Below are positions 25,315 through 39,816 of a stretch of DNA of 64,000 bases, one piece after another (the stretch's first letter is position 1; the number at the start of each line of letters is the position of its first letter). The stretch is taken from assembly GCF_009914755.1 (NCBI RefSeq), contig NC_060947.1. One strand, 5' to 3'. The DNA is from the human T2T-CHM13v2.0 reference genome, Homo sapiens. The position numbers and the translations under genes are program-made. Below the pieces are notes generated by a model. That model was given only the letters and a program-made list of their open reading frames with translations. It was not told the origin of the DNA and did no database searches.

Positions 25315-25720
25315 GCCCAATCATTTGGGGTCTTTTGATTGCAAAGAACAAAAACCCAAACTGGCTAATTTGGCCAAAATAGGAAATTATTAGAAAGATA
25401 TGCAGGCACTCAAACAATTCAAGGAACAGATGTATCAGCAAGGACAAGAACAAGGGCAGTTTGCAAGGGCTGACCTTGTTCAGCAACTCAGGAAGGCTTT
25501 GCAAGGATTCTTCAGGAGGATAATGACATCAGCCTTTTTCTATCTTTCTTTTCTTCCATTAGAGAGAGAATATCCCCCCCTTGGCTAGTAGAGAGTGGAA
25601 CACCCTGACTGGCAAACCTCACCTTCACATGACTAACAGGGAAGAGTTTGTATCCAAGGCAAAAAATTGAGAGGTCTTACTAGAAGAAGGGGATAGAGGC
25701 AGTGCACTCAGCCATTGATA
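25315..25720 (-). mobile_element. Old MLT1-type LTR remnant
   Basis: ggtcttttgattgcaaagaacaaaaacccaaactggctaa...aggaaattattagaaagata, typical of reversed old MLT1 3' ends. Confidence 0.5.
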
Positions 25721-25857
25721 ACTGGTTGTTGTTTTTGTTAAGACAGCTTGTAATGAGGTAACATAAAAAAGTACTTCCCACAACAGAAGGCATGTAATGG
25801 ATGCTCAAGCCATTGCTCTCTGGTGGATTTCAATACAGCACCTTTTTCAAAAATATA

Positions 25858-25970
25858 GCAGCGGTTCTCAATCGGGTGATTTTACCATCTTTGTGGAGAC
25901 CTTGTTGGGGGCAGGTCACTACTGGCATCTAGTGACTAGATGCCGAAGATGCTGCTGAACACCATATAGT
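25858..25970 (+). mobile_element. MER20 fragment
   Basis: cagcggttctcaatcggg...ctactggcatctagtg...gatgctgctgaaca. Confidence 0.65.
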
Positions 25971-28329
25971 AAAGTATATGAGCATTTGTTATGGTGCTGC
26001 AGTTTTCATTTATTCTAGCTAAAAGGGTTGTGCTTTCTCCAGCTGCTAATCTATTTATCTGTGTGCCCCGCACTCTTACTTTAGAGATCAAGTTTGATGG
26101 AAAGGAGGCACATTTGACTGTGTTCCTTTAATTGAAGACAATAGAACTTTGGGGAGATTCTGGAGTTGAAATTAGAAGAGAATAAAGCAAAGATGTAAGA
26201 ACCTAAGGACACATTTCTGAAATTTACCCCTATGAGATTACTTCAGAATTTAACTTGCTAAAAATAGATGAGCAGAAGAAATGAAATTTGAGAACATTCT
26301 TGTTAATGAAATGCAGAAGAATAGTTTAATGGTCAAATAGAAATGATTTCAAAATAAATCCAGTTAAAACTAATGAGTTTTATGTTTTTCAGTTTTACTG
26401 AAGGAATTAGTCCATAAAATGAAAACCATCATTAGCAAAAATCATTTGGTATAATGACATTTCCGTTACTGTTCGTGGGGGTAGGGGCAAAAAGGTACCA
26501 AGTAATATCACCTTTGAATTCTGGTTTTTATTCTAAATTTTATTAATTCTAAAAGGTGCTCATTAAACATTTTTCTTCCCTTTTTTCTCAAGTATTCAAT
26601 AGTCCTACAATATGTGAATATCACCCCTTTTTTCTTTCCTGAATTTTAGGAAAACAGGGTTTTAAAGTATCTTAGTGAAGCTTTATGTCAGTGCTGATTT
26701 GAACTTCCAATTTAAACTGCAACCTTTTTTGTGAGTGGGGAGAGCATCAGTCAGATTAATTGTTTTATCAGTTTCTGACACTTTATCATCACTGATTATT
26801 GAAGACTTCCTGATGTGGCTGAGTAACTCATTCATTCCCCTTTATCCCCCTATGCCACTCCCATTTACACGCCCAGGTAATTTTTCTACTGAGTTTAGTG
26901 TGAATATTTCTGTGTGCATTCGTTTTTGCAAGGGTGTATTATTGTTTTACACACATTCATTTCAATTTGCATAAATCTTTTTGTGCTATATGTTTCATTG
27001 TGTGTTTTTTCTGAGCCTGGGGATGTTAAGATCCGTCTGTGTTGCTCTGTGTATTTCTAATCTGTTTTTTTTCCAACTGCCACCTCATGCTCCATGGTGT
27101 GCTGCAAACTTGGTTTCTGAGAGATAACCACTTTGCACCAGTAACTTGCAGTTCTGCTTTTGCTCCTTTTATTATGGAGTCATAAAAGCGTAATGAAAGA
27201 AAGAGCTCCTAGCTGTGAGTAGCAGCTAAAATGCCAATTTCAGGTCTGTCAAAATTGATCCTGCCCACAGTCCTCTAAAATGCTCTTACTTTTAACCCTG
27301 CTGAAAGAAAAATCTCTTTTCTTAACCCCCAACTCTTCCTAAGGCTATTTAGCTTCTAATTTTGCTGACGCGGTTACTTCCACCAAGTACCACTTAAATA
27401 TTAAAGTATAAGTAGTTGCCGTTCCTTCCTTATTACCTTTATCAGACCCTCTTCATCTTATCACGGACTTAAAGAAATGGTTTTTGAATTGTCCTCTCTG
27501 TCCTCATTGTCTCTTCTAGACTTAGAGTTCTTTTAGACTTAGAGATATGTAAAAATCATGTATTACTCATGACCATATGTAAAAACGGATATATAAGCAA
27601 AATAGAATTGTTAAGGTATTCCTAAAACTTCATCGCATTCAGAACCCCTTCTGAGTGCCTTTTTGACTCAGAATCACTGATGTCCACTTTTGTTCACATA
27701 GCAGTTGTTCATACAACTGTTCAAACAACTGTGCCATCAAAAACATTGGTGATGCAGCATTCTTAGGAGCTCTAGGAGTTCCCACTATTGTCTCTGAGAT
27801 TTTCTTCCAAACTCCCAACACCCACTCTTCAAGTTTTGACTCTGGGACTTTTCTTGCTTAGCCTGAGATAAGCCACGCTTTTGTAAGTATCTTAGTAGCA
27901 CATGGCTACTATTTTCCTGTCTTAGGTCCCGAAAGCATTTGTCCCTTTGCTAGCAGATATGAAAATGTGTTCACTTCTTCAGCAATGAATATTTGCTTTG
28001 CTGATATGCAATTCACACCCCACTGCTCTGTTTCCACGCTTTTCTGTGTACCAGTAACTTTCCATTTCAATATTGAATCATGATGTAATCTTTTGGAAGA
28101 CAATTTAAATGGGATTTAAGCTAAGCATTTGTAGTATCAGCACTAGACGTAATTCAGTTGAGGTGAGGACCATATAAATAGCAATGAGTACATTGTTCAC
28201 ACTTGTGCAGGACAAACTGTTGCTTTGTGCAGAGCAATTTAAAACACCATTGATTATAAGACATCCTGTTGTTAAAGATGCTAAAGCGTGGGAAATGTGC
28301 ATCTTGTAAAAGACGAATGCAGAGGTAGG

Positions 28330-28660
28330 TACTCAGGATGCAATATGGTGGCTCCATAGTCCATCCGAGACCTGAGCTATTTCTGCCCTCTGTTATTGCA
28401 TCCTTAGCACATGGCTTCCATCGTCAGTGTCACTGCATGGTCCAAGATGACCTAGTAAGCTCCTGACATCATATCTAGGCAGAAATGAAGGAAGTCAAAA
28501 AGGGCAAAAAGGCCAAGGGTCTACAACTCACTGGATACCACTGACTTGAAGGGAGGCTGCCTGGTAACTACAGTCTTTTACTTGGGCAAGTTTGTCCCCT
28601 AGGAAAAAACCTGGAAGAAGGAGAGAATGTCTGCTGCGTAATCAACTAGGAGTCTCTTCA
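28330..28660 (-). mobile_element. Old MLT1 (J/K-like) LTR remnant
   Basis: catccttagcacatggcttccatc...catggtccaagatgac...ggaagaaggagagaatg. Confidence 0.55.
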
Positions 28661-29699
28661 TCATATCCTTTTGAAAGCCTCAATTCCTGTGCAGCCTGAT
28701 TCACAGGCCACTTCAGCCTAATCATGTGATGATTCAATGCATAATGGTTTGTGACAAATTTTAGCATTTTGCTCTTACCATTATGTGTGATTCAAAAGTA
28801 AGCACAAATCTATAATAATTGGTATTTAATGTGACTAATTCACTTTTCCCTAATGAGTCTACAGATTCCTTGAGCAGATCTGTCTTCTAAACCTTAGTTA
28901 CTTCTCCCACACAACCACCTACCCCATTGCCCATTGTCTGAATTATCTTACACAAAACAAATGCTCCATACATGGATTTGACGTCATCTTGCTTCTGTGG
29001 CCTCAATAAGTGATTGCTGCTTCCAGATGATCAGTATCTGAGGTTCCCCCTTGGTAGCCAATGAGGAATTTCATAAAAGCAGCAGCTTGAGAAGAGGACA
29101 TTTTTAGAGTTTGCTTATCTCCTTTGGGAAACTCTTAATCCATATTCTGGCAAGCATCAGGATACTTTTAGGAGTGATGTCTAGTACTTCTTAACTGACT
29201 TCCTAAGATAATCACTTCTGGATAAAACACCTCTATAGCATGCAGATTAAATAAACTCAGCCACAGCCTGTTGTGAGATTCTTAGGGCCATGCCTGATAA
29301 TGGCAGCAAAGGTAGAGGCATGGATTTTTCTGAGAGTAAAGACTCAGTGGTTCCTGGGAGAGGAATTTGTGTTTGTGGTTGGTGGTGGTTTGCACTTCAT
29401 CTCATAGGCACATAGTGTACAAAAGCAAATAACTGCTGATTTCTCAGTCTGAGCCTTTCTGGTTGAATCTGAATCATCTTGAGTATGAGCATCAAATGTT
29501 ATAGAACAGCTTTTGTATCGGGAACATCAACAAGGGTCCTGGTAGCAGGACATAGACATAAATATCTAATAGCATTGGCCAATGCCTCCATGGGTAGTAA
29601 AAATAATAATACTGATAGTCATAGTAAAAAAAAAAAACACACATTTATGGCACTGTATGTGCCATGCACTTTATGGACATTAATTTGTGCAGCCCTGGC

Positions 29700-30077
29700 C
29701 ACATTTCTAGGGCTACACCACATCATTGTATGCTAGATGACTTCCAGCAGCCAGTCTCTGCATCTCGGAGGGATTTTTCTGAAACTGTTTAAAGCCGGTA
29801 TGCTTTTGTCTGGGAGCACTTTAAAAATGATTGACATGAGTCGGTATATAGATATCCCAGTTCCTTTGCTCCTCAGATGGGATATTTCAGACATGTGAGT
29901 TTTATACTATTCCCAGAATTTCCTGGCAGGATTAAGCTCCAGTCACCCAGTATGGTAGCTGGCTGGATAATCCATTCTTTATTGACTGTTTGTTTTCTCT
30001 TCCCAGCATAGTTTCCTTACCCTTGCACAGGAATCTTTGTATTGGGGTCTCCTTCTAGGGAAATCCAAACTAAGACA
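29700..30077 (+). mobile_element. LTR16-like ERVL LTR inserted in a MIR
   Basis: cctcagatgggata...ggattaagctccagtcacccag...ggggtctccttctagggaaatccaaactaagaca; MIR pieces on both sides (~29640-29680, ~30080-30230). Confidence 0.7.
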
Positions 30078-31379
30078 AATATTAACATCAACCCCGTGAG
30101 TTAGATATGATCATTACATTTATTTTTGCAGACAAGGAAATTGAAACATGCAAAGGCAAAGGAAGAGGCAGAAGTGTTCAAACCCACGTTGTGAGTCTGG
30201 TTTGAGAGCCCGCATTCTAGCTACACCAAGTAAATGCTACAGGAGCTAAGTGAAGGAGTGCACTCTGATGGAGAACAGCTGGCCCAGTGGTCTATAGATT
30301 CAGTTACTTTTCTAAAACAAGAATGTCAGGTCCAATGTACAAAGAGAACGTGTTATACTGACTATTGCATTCATGACTAGGTTCCTGGAACATTGTGGGG
30401 CAGCCTTTAAATGTGCAAATTCTTGTGTTTGAGGACCTGGTGTGCCTACCAATTAAACCACTTGGAAGGTTGTTTTAAAATCTGGTGCCAATTTGGGGAT
30501 GTTCAGCCCTTCCAGCCAACAACCCTCCAGAATTGTCAGCAATCTAAAAGGCAATATTTCAGTCTTCTATTTCTTTCAAATTCATTTAGTGTCTAGGTGA
30601 TAATTTTTTTCAATTAAAGCCCATAGGGCTATGGATTTACTGTTATGAGATGGTGGCCTTCCCTGTTAAACCAGTGTTGGTCTGTGTGACTATAAATAGG
30701 GATTTCCACAGTTTTATATATCTTGGCTAAATGAAAGGAATTTAAATGTTATTGCTACAAAGCATTCTTTCAGAAGCACTTAGTGATCATTTAATATGCA
30801 TTGCTTCTACCTTTCACATTAATATCCTCAGGCAGTAAATCAGATAGGTCCTCACTAATCCTATCCACACAACACACTATGGTTCATTAACAGATTCCTA
30901 TCAGTGTAACTTTGATCTGCCCATTTTCAATTTTTGAGTTGTCTACTTTCTGGCAGATTACAGTTCAAAAGGTCTATCATTGATTCAACATGAAATTTCA
31001 TTATATTTGAATCAAAGACTCATTGGAGTGACTTAAAAAGCTTTTTATGAAGTGAAAAAGTTGTTTCTTAGCCTCAGTTAATTTATTTTGTTATGTTATT
31101 TGATCCCAAAGTTCACACAAAACTAATTAAGTCTCAATTCAACAATGATATCATCCTGAAAATGCTTTGTGTCAGTATGCAGATGCTTGAGACGTATTTT
31201 TATATTCTTCTATTACGGACAGGACTAAGGAATTCTGGAACCCAAGGTTCTGCTTATCTTAGGTTTCGGAGAGCCATTAGTATATACAGGCCTTGAAAGC
31301 CTTCATCATGGCTTGGGATTTTAGAGAAGAGGGAGCCCAAAAATAATGAAAGAGCAACTTCAGTAGAAGAGAGAGGACC

Positions 31380-31560
31380 TGACATTTATTGAGAACTCAT
31401 TATGTTCTGAACCTTATGGTGGTGCTTTACATATCACTACATCTTTCCCCAAACTACAGAGAGAGATTAAGTCATTTTCCCAAGTTGGTTACAAGAGAGA
31501 CTTTTTCAAACACAATTCTGTCTGACTCCATAGTTCTACTTTTACACGTGATCACTACAC
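31380..31560 (-). mobile_element. MIR SINE
   Basis: acatttattgagaactcattatgt...gtgctttacatat...agagattaagtcattttcccaag...tctgtctgactcca. Confidence 0.65.
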
Positions 31561-32745
31561 TGCATTGAAAGCTTCAATACTAAGTGGTAGAGTTTTTCTT
31601 TTGTGGAAGGATGGGAGCTGATCATCTTTTTGGTGGTCCTTTAGATAACACCATGAAGGAAATTGTCTAGAGTTCAGGCTGCTGCTGACATTTTATCTAG
31701 GTGGTGAGCACTACCAAGATAAGGAGGGTGTTGAGGGAATTGCATTTGGGTCCTGGTGTTCCATGTAAGCCATTCTAGATGACATATGTAACTCTTGGCT
31801 TACCCAAGATTAATTTAACATTATTGATTCTTAGTTGATTTGTCTCCCTTTGGAATCATCGTGGAGGCACATAAATCCTGAGACTAAGAGGGTCTTCGTT
31901 GTAAGTACAGCCCTACTGAGCATCTCTGGAGGTGGCCAAAGTTGCATCAGAAAAGCAGTATTGCTGGGCAATATATGTTGTTTTCAAAAAGATAGTCCTG
32001 AGCCCTGCAACCCTTACCTCCTCCATCCATCCTCTCCTCCCCAGTTGGAAAAAAAATCTCATTTCTTTAGTTCTTAGTGTGAGGAAAGCAATCTGATTGA
32101 TATATTTGAAAAAATATGATTAAAGGATTTTGCACCAGAATTCATCTTCCAACACCCCCTTAGGTTTTTCTATCTCCTTTACTGTTTTAGTTTTGACAAC
32201 AATAATAGGGGGGATGAGATTGATTCACAAGGCTCTCACCAATACTAAAATTGTATGACTAACACCCAATTGCTATTTAAATATGATTATTAATATTATT
32301 AAAGACTTGGGATTATTTCCTGTGTTGTGTTTGATTATAATGCCCAGCATTATACATGATATATCCAGAGTCTTCCTGGTTTATTGCTCATGTAGCAAAA
32401 TGCTGCCTCCATTGATCAGGATTTGGAAGAATGTTGGTGATTATCTCCTGAGAATAGTGTATTCTTTCACTTTGAAATATGTTTCTAACACTGCTGTTTA
32501 CGGTGATTCTGATTATTTCAAGGCCATGGTATATTTGTATTATTTGCAATTATCAGCTGATGCTGAACTTTCAGAAAATTTGCTAATTATCAAGAATTCT
32601 TCATGACAATATGAGACCTTTGGGCAGCACATAAGATAATTTTAAAGTGAAAGAACTAGTCCGTCTCCTGCAAAATGATGCAATGCCAAAAGCAGGCTGT
32701 TAAGGAAATGCTAACATTTAGTGAGCATCTATTTTGCTCTGAATG

Positions 32746-32889
32746 TTTCCTTTCCTTCCCTCCCTCCCTCTTTCCTTCCTTCTCTTTCTCTATTTTATGT
32801 TTCTTTTTCTCCTCCCTTTCTACCTCTTCCGCCCTTCCTCCTCCTTTCTTCCCTTTCTCCTTCCTTCTTTTTTCTTTCTTTCTTTTTTT
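32746..32889. repeat. CT-rich low-complexity tract
   Basis: Pyrimidine-rich run; source of the K/R/E-rich and F/S-rich spurious ORFs. Confidence 0.85.
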
Positions 32890-33880
32890 GGATATAAATA
32901 GTGATTGAGCAAGGACCACAAAGCAGCTTTCTCTCCTCCTTAAATTCCTTAAAGGAAAGTTTGTTCTTAGAGGGGCATGGCAGATTTCCTAATGAGCATG
33001 CCCTCACCTGGGCTTCCTGGCCATCAGTTTCTACTTCCACAGCAGTTGTGGGAATCCATTGTTACTTTGTTAATTAACAACTTGTATGGTGTAGCCTTTG
33101 AAGGCAGGGAGCTACTTCTTAAACACAGTTCTATTACTCTCTAATTTGTGGCATTAATAATCCGTTCTTTTTCGATTTATGTAAGATCTTTTCCTCTTAA
33201 TAGTTGTGGCATTTTCTCTGAGATAAATTTTCATAAGACTCAATTCCAAGTTGTGATTTTCAAAAACAGGAGTCGTGTGGTCGAAGGATATTTCAACTTG
33301 TGTCTTATGACTGTCCTTCATTTAGCCTTTTGCCTCTTTAGAGATGGGACATATGATGAGAGCTGATTTGTTTCCCTTGTGGGCAAGGAAAAACATTTTT
33401 GAAGGTATCTAGCATGTTAAAAATCAAAAAATGCTTCCTCTGTGTCTTTGTCTGGTTGTACCTTTCCTTTAGCCACTTTACAAAGGAAGTCACACCATAC
33501 ATTTTGTCTGTCTTTCTTTAAAATCCTTTATTTTGGGAACACCAGAAAAAAAATTTTAGAAGGTATTCTCTCATCTTTGCTTAATCTCTTTCCTTAGTCA
33601 TCCAGAGACTATTCCTACTTAATTGAAAAAATTCAATTTAATTTATAGATAAGGATAATACCTTTGAGATTTAAAGGCTCGGCTCAGACCTCTTCCGGGA
33701 GGGCGTGTCTGACTCTTATGTGTTCTATAGCATGAGTGCATACTCTAATATTTCTTCAGTCGATTCATTTATCTCTTTATACATCTGCCATCCCATCAGC
33801 CTATAAGCTACTTTTTGCATTGCCATCAGATACCACCATACTGGACACAGTTACACTAGTATCACTTCAAAATGTTGCTA

Positions 33881-34245
<365 letters not shown>

Positions 34246-34375
34246 TTAGTTTAAAAATTTGATAACTTTATTATCAGTTTTTTTTATTATCTTGATGATC
34301 TATTATCAGTGTAATTCATTTCCTTTGTAATTCTATGTGCTTTTATTCATTTTATTCATTTAAAAACATTGTTCT

Positions 34376-34701
<326 letters not shown>

Positions 34702-34964
34702 CTACAGGCTTCACCAGACTCATGGGGCTCGTGACACCGAAAAGGTTCAGAACCCTTGCTGGAATAACGTGTTCTAAAATTCAGAAACACTTCAAAAAAG
34801 TTTGAGAGGATGATTTTACAGCCCCTCAGTATGGCTGTATGGCTGTCCACTTACATTGACTATAATTCCCTTGCCATCACCATAGAGACAGCTTGTGGAC
34901 TGGCTAGTGCATGAAAGAGCAGAAATTGGGTGACACTGAGCTATATTCTAGGCCCAGCCGATGA

Positions 34965-35305
<341 letters not shown>

Positions 35306-35929
35306 ACATCCATCAGTATTTCTAAGTGTAAATAAAATTTGTTTCTATGTGACAAGGTTGAGATAAGCATAGAAGAAAACTGCTGCTGAACCCAGAACCC
35401 AGACATAATCATGTAACTGAACTTTCTTGCTGCATCCTATGATAATTCCCTTGTTGCTAGCTTATAAATAGCGGAAAACAGCCACCATTTCTTCAGCTTT
35501 TCTCCAGAAGGGCCAAAGATGTTACATTTATTTTTGTTTCTTCTTCTTAAATAATTCTTCATGAATTTCAGTTTCCCAGAAGGCCTCACAATTTTCTAAC
35601 ACCCCAGATACCTTTCTTGGTATTTCATGTCATGGGTTATGTTTATCCAAGGAGACTTTATTCATTGGATTTCTTAATAAGAAAGAATGACTTGATTATT
35701 TATGCTCTAATATTCCCTATGCTTTTAAAATTGCTGACCCCTCCCTCCTCCTGTATCATGATACTATCTTGCAGGGAAAGTAGAATCTACTGGATGAAAA
35801 GTCCCTCAACCTCCTGCCCCCAAACCTATTGATTTACTCATATCCACATACTACATCACCTCCTCCCCCTTGTGAGGGTGGAAGATAAGTTGTTTTTCCT
35901 GTCTCGGACAAAGCATCCTGTCTCCTATA

Positions 35930-36274
35930 GTACTGCAACAGATTGAATCCAGAAGCCGATAGAAAAAACCCACTGTCATCTGTCGAGCAATGTATTAAAG
36001 AGATCTATCTGCAAAATTGTAAAAAGATGCTGTTCTTCTCACCAAATGTTTTTGTTTTGGAAAATATGGTTATGTTTTATAAAAAGATATGACTTATGAA
36101 ATAGAATTGTTGTTTTTAAATACATAAAAAATATTTCAATAATTTATCAGTTTTACTTTCTAGTATATTAGATATCGGTAGATGTAAGCAACATGCACAA
36201 AAACTCTTCGGGGGTCCTCAAAAATGTTTCAGAGTGGAAAGGAGTCCTGAGGGTGAAATGGTTGAGAAGTGCTG
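35930..36274 (+). mobile_element. Charlie1/Charlie1a 3' fragment
   Basis: caacagattgaatccagaagc...attaaagagat...aaaactcttcgggggtcctcaa...ggagtcctgag...ttgagaagtgctg. Confidence 0.75.
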
Positions 36275-36279
36275 GTCTA

Positions 36280-37300
36280 AAACTCCCCAACCCAGTCAAA
36301 TCTGGCTTCTGCCCGTATCAGTTCACTGAACCTATTTGCTCCAAGGACACCAAATTCAAGGGCAAGTCCTTACTAGACTTCTGGGAATCATTCACACTGT
36401 TCTTGACCGTTCTTCTGGAAATGCCTTTCCTCTGACTTACAGGAGTCCAGAGAGGAACACCATGTACACTACTGGTGTTCTTCCTACCTCCCTGGCTCCT
36501 CCTCCTTTATCTCCTTCATGGGCTTTTCTTCCTCTGCCTAACCTTAAAGGTTAACGACCTGTGGGGCCCTCACCTCCTCCCACACTCCATGCTTCTTTGT
36601 TTTCCGTTACCGTCTTTAGGCTGGTGACAGCTGTGTTCAGCCCAGATCTTTCTGCCAATCTTCATACCTAAATACTGAGCAGCTTGCTGGGACACCTCTA
36701 CCTGCCTATTCCACCAGCACCTATAATTTAACACGCCCTGAACTTATCATGTCACCATCACGCCTGCTCCTTCATCTCTATTCTCATGGCCCACACTCTG
36801 TCTAGTTGCCCATACCAGAAGTTTGGAAACCATTCTTGACTCTTTCCTTTGTCTTAAACCCTCACTGTCTTTCACAATATCCAAGCAATCTCCAAGCTCT
36901 GTGTCATCAGTGTCCTGAATCCTCAAAACAATCTGCTGTTCTCTAACTTCTAACACTGTCCCACCCGGGCCTCCATTGTCTCTACTAATGGCAGTAGTCT
37001 CCTAACTGGCTCTTTTCTAGCCTGTTTTCCACTGTGCCACCAGGGTCATCCTTCCAAGGCACAGAGCTCATCAATTCACTATTTCTTCAAGGCCCTGAAA
37101 CACTTGTCCCCTCCACCTCTCACCTCACTTGCTGCATCTCTCATCACCTGCCCTCCCTCGGCATTCTGTGCTGGCTCCAAGGGCTTCCATGCTGCCATGG
37201 GCTCTCCCCTTCAGCCCCTCACACATGCTGATCCTTCATCCTTCATCCTGGGCCACCATCCCTGCCCCATCCCCATTTACACCTTCTTACCCTGAACACA
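36280..37300 (+). mobile_element. Diverged L2 LINE
   Basis: tctggcttctgccc...cagcccagatctttct...ccagaagtttggaaaccattcttgactc...cagtagtctcctaactggctc. Confidence 0.65.
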
Positions 37301-38123
37301 GGCAGTGCTGACTAACTCAACACCGGTCGTTGATATTCAAGTTTAGATTTCTGACACACATCTAGCCTTCTGTAACACCCTATGTGTGCTCTGTGATGGC
37401 GTTTGTCAATCCACACATGTAACCGCATGTTTGATGTGACCTTCAGAAGGGCAGCAGCCTTGTCTCTCTTACATGTCATAGAATCCTCACAGCATCCTTT
37501 TCCAGCTCCATCACTTAACCACAATCTCTCCGTACCTATTTGTCGAACGAGGAAATTCGTATTTCTTTTCAATTTATCTTTCACTTTAAAGGTGAGCAGA
37601 TTTACTGATTTTCCTTTGTCAAACAATCACAGGTGGCTTGAGCACAGAAAGGCAGTGATTTCAGTGCTTACAAAAATATAGCATTTATAGGTGTTCGAAG
37701 ACATGGATATAATTTCACCTACTGCCTGCATGAAAGACTATCTGCGTCCTGATTGGCAATGGGAGTTGGCAACACATTGACCAGGTTAAGTCTTCTATCT
37801 ATATATGAGGAGGGTGGGGTGTGAGGAATTGACATCTGATCAAAAGTTATTGTCCTAAGAAGTATGTCACCAAAAGTAATTCCATTTTTTTATGTCAAAT
37901 GTGACCTTTACTTATAAAAACCCTAATGACAAAATAATCCTTTTTAGAAAACTGTTTTGTCACATCTGTGAGACAATGTAACTACAGAAGTTACCACAAC
38001 ACATATGTTCTAATCAAATAATATTGGTAGGTTAGGCTTCCATGCTCACGTCTCAAAAACTAAAATATTTGCAATGGAGGTAAAAGGCTTTTTCTATCTT
38101 TTTCATAAAAAGGCTTAATTTAA

Positions 38124-38433
38124 GGCCTGATGTGGAGGTTTAAGCCTGTAATCCCAGCACTTTGGGAGGTCAAGGCAGGAGGATCGCTTGAGTCCAGGAG
38201 TTTGAGACCAGACTGGACAACAAAGGAAGACCCCGTCTCTACACAAAGTATAAAAAATTAGCTGAGCATGGTGGTGTGTGCCTGTGGTCCCAGCTACCCC
38301 AGGAGGCTGAGGTGGGAGGATTGCTTGAGCCTCTGGGAGTTCCAAGCTGCAGTGAGCTATGACTGGGCCACTATACTTCAGCCTGGGTGACAGACAGAGA
38401 CCCTATCTCAAAGAAAAAAAAAAAAAAAAAAAA
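38124..38433 (+). mobile_element. AluJ (Jo/Jr-like)
   Basis: ggaggatcgcttgagtccaggag and gggaggattgcttgagcc; poly-A tail. Confidence 0.92.
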
Positions 38434-38665
38434 GCTGGGGGGGCAGGGGCTGAATTTCTAGTTGATCACATAAGGAGACCAGTGAGATGTAAACCTAGGC
38501 AGTGTCCCAAAGCTGTTCCGGTTCTTGCCTTGGATATCTTCTTGCTGTCCATTCTTACTCCCTTTATTATGTTCTTCCCTCTTGCCCTTCTCTCACCAGA
38601 CCTTCATTTCCACAAACACTTAGGAAGTAAAAAAGTCTAACATGTTTGAATCCTTGAAAACAGGG

Positions 38666-38712
38666 TGTAAAACATTTTGGTATGTAAAACATTTTTGGTA
38701 TGTAAAACATTT
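38666..38712. repeat. 17-18-bp tandem repeat, ~2.7 copies
   Basis: tgtaaaacattttggta / tgtaaaacatttttggta / tgtaaaacattt. Confidence 0.9.
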
Positions 38713-38959
38713 CCTTTCCGGTATTATCATTTAATGTGTTTAATCATGAATTATAAGTGAGTATGGCTTTGGGGCGTGCTTCTTTTGAAAAGAAAAGGGC
38801 ACATGATCACCACCTCCTGTGTCTCTTATCTGGTACATTTCCCTTGAAGGACTCAGCTCATTATCTGGCAAAGACGACCATGGTCTACAAGTCAGTTGGG
38901 TTCAACAAATGCTTATTAGCCATCTTCTAGAAACAGATATCGTGTAGGACGCTAGAGAC

Positions 38960-39246
38960 AGGCTGTAGGCTTTGATATTTGGGGTTTGAAACCTGAATAG
39001 GGAGCGTCTTCCTCTTATTACATTCACTTTATTCAATCCTATTCATCTGAAAAATGGGGAACATAGGTATTATTTCAAATAGCTGTTCAAACAATCCTAG
39101 TTTATTCATCTGAAAAATTGGGGAAATTTTCAGATGAATAAACTAGGATCGTTTGAAAGGCTGTTTGAAGAATTCAATGAGATAATGCAAATAAGGTACC
39201 CAGCTCGGTGCCTGGTACCCAGGAGAAACTGGATAAGTAATGGCTT
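38960..39246 (+). mobile_element. MIR SINE carrying an internal inverted duplication
   Basis: tcatctgaaaaatgggga...gaagaattcaatgagataatgcaaataagg...gtgcctggtac. Confidence 0.65.
39074..39169. repeat. Inverted repeat, 43-bp arms, 10-nt loop
   Basis: 39074-39116 pairs with 39127-39169; 39 of 43 positions Watson-Crick; perfect 23-bp core. Confidence 0.95.
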
Positions 39247-39816
39247 TCAGAATGATTACAGAGGATGAGGAAAGCTCTCCAGGATTCCACAGTGAGCTAG
39301 AAAGCGGTCTTCATTTTTGTAAGAAGTGAAACATATAGGAGAAACAAATGTGAAAATACATTTTTATAAAAGTGGGAAATAGTTAGTCAATTCCACTCTG
39401 AAAGTAACCCTCTTGCTTTTTGGTTTAATCTGTTATAGATGAAGGGGATTAACTGCCAAGAGACTTGAACAACACACAGGTTTTTTTTGGTTCTTCATGC
39501 TTGCACCTGTTAAAAGGCAGAAGAGGTCCAAAAATGGGAAAGATGTGACTTTTTTGTGGAGGCTCATGTTTACTAGAGGGAGAGAAGGGCAGTAGACCGC
39601 ATATGTCATGTTTGTTCAAACTGAGCTGAGAATTTGAGGGGAAAGGGTTTTCTTGACAGCTGGGTATTTCATATCCTGCCTGTGGAAACTCAGTAGGTTT
39701 CCAAGAGCAAAGTCTAGAGGCTATAACCTTGTGCTCCTGATGTCCTTGTGTGAAAGGATTATTTTCTGGCTTTGGAAGAGCAAAACACCTCTTAAAAATT
39801 CCGGCTCCTGAAGTGT

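Noticed and set aside
25400-25588. Q-rich ORF MQALKQFKEQMYQQGQEQGQF
   Set aside because: Short, lies in an old MLT1-like remnant, and has no recognisable domain or splice support.
27517-27585. Two adjacent 11-bp direct repeats (similar ones near 18451-18488 and 50689-50716)
   Set aside because: Ordinary micro-duplications or chance matches.
32656-33040. K/R/E-rich ORFs (also 11159-11479 and 17824-18153)
   Set aside because: Artefacts of CT/GA-rich low-complexity tracts.
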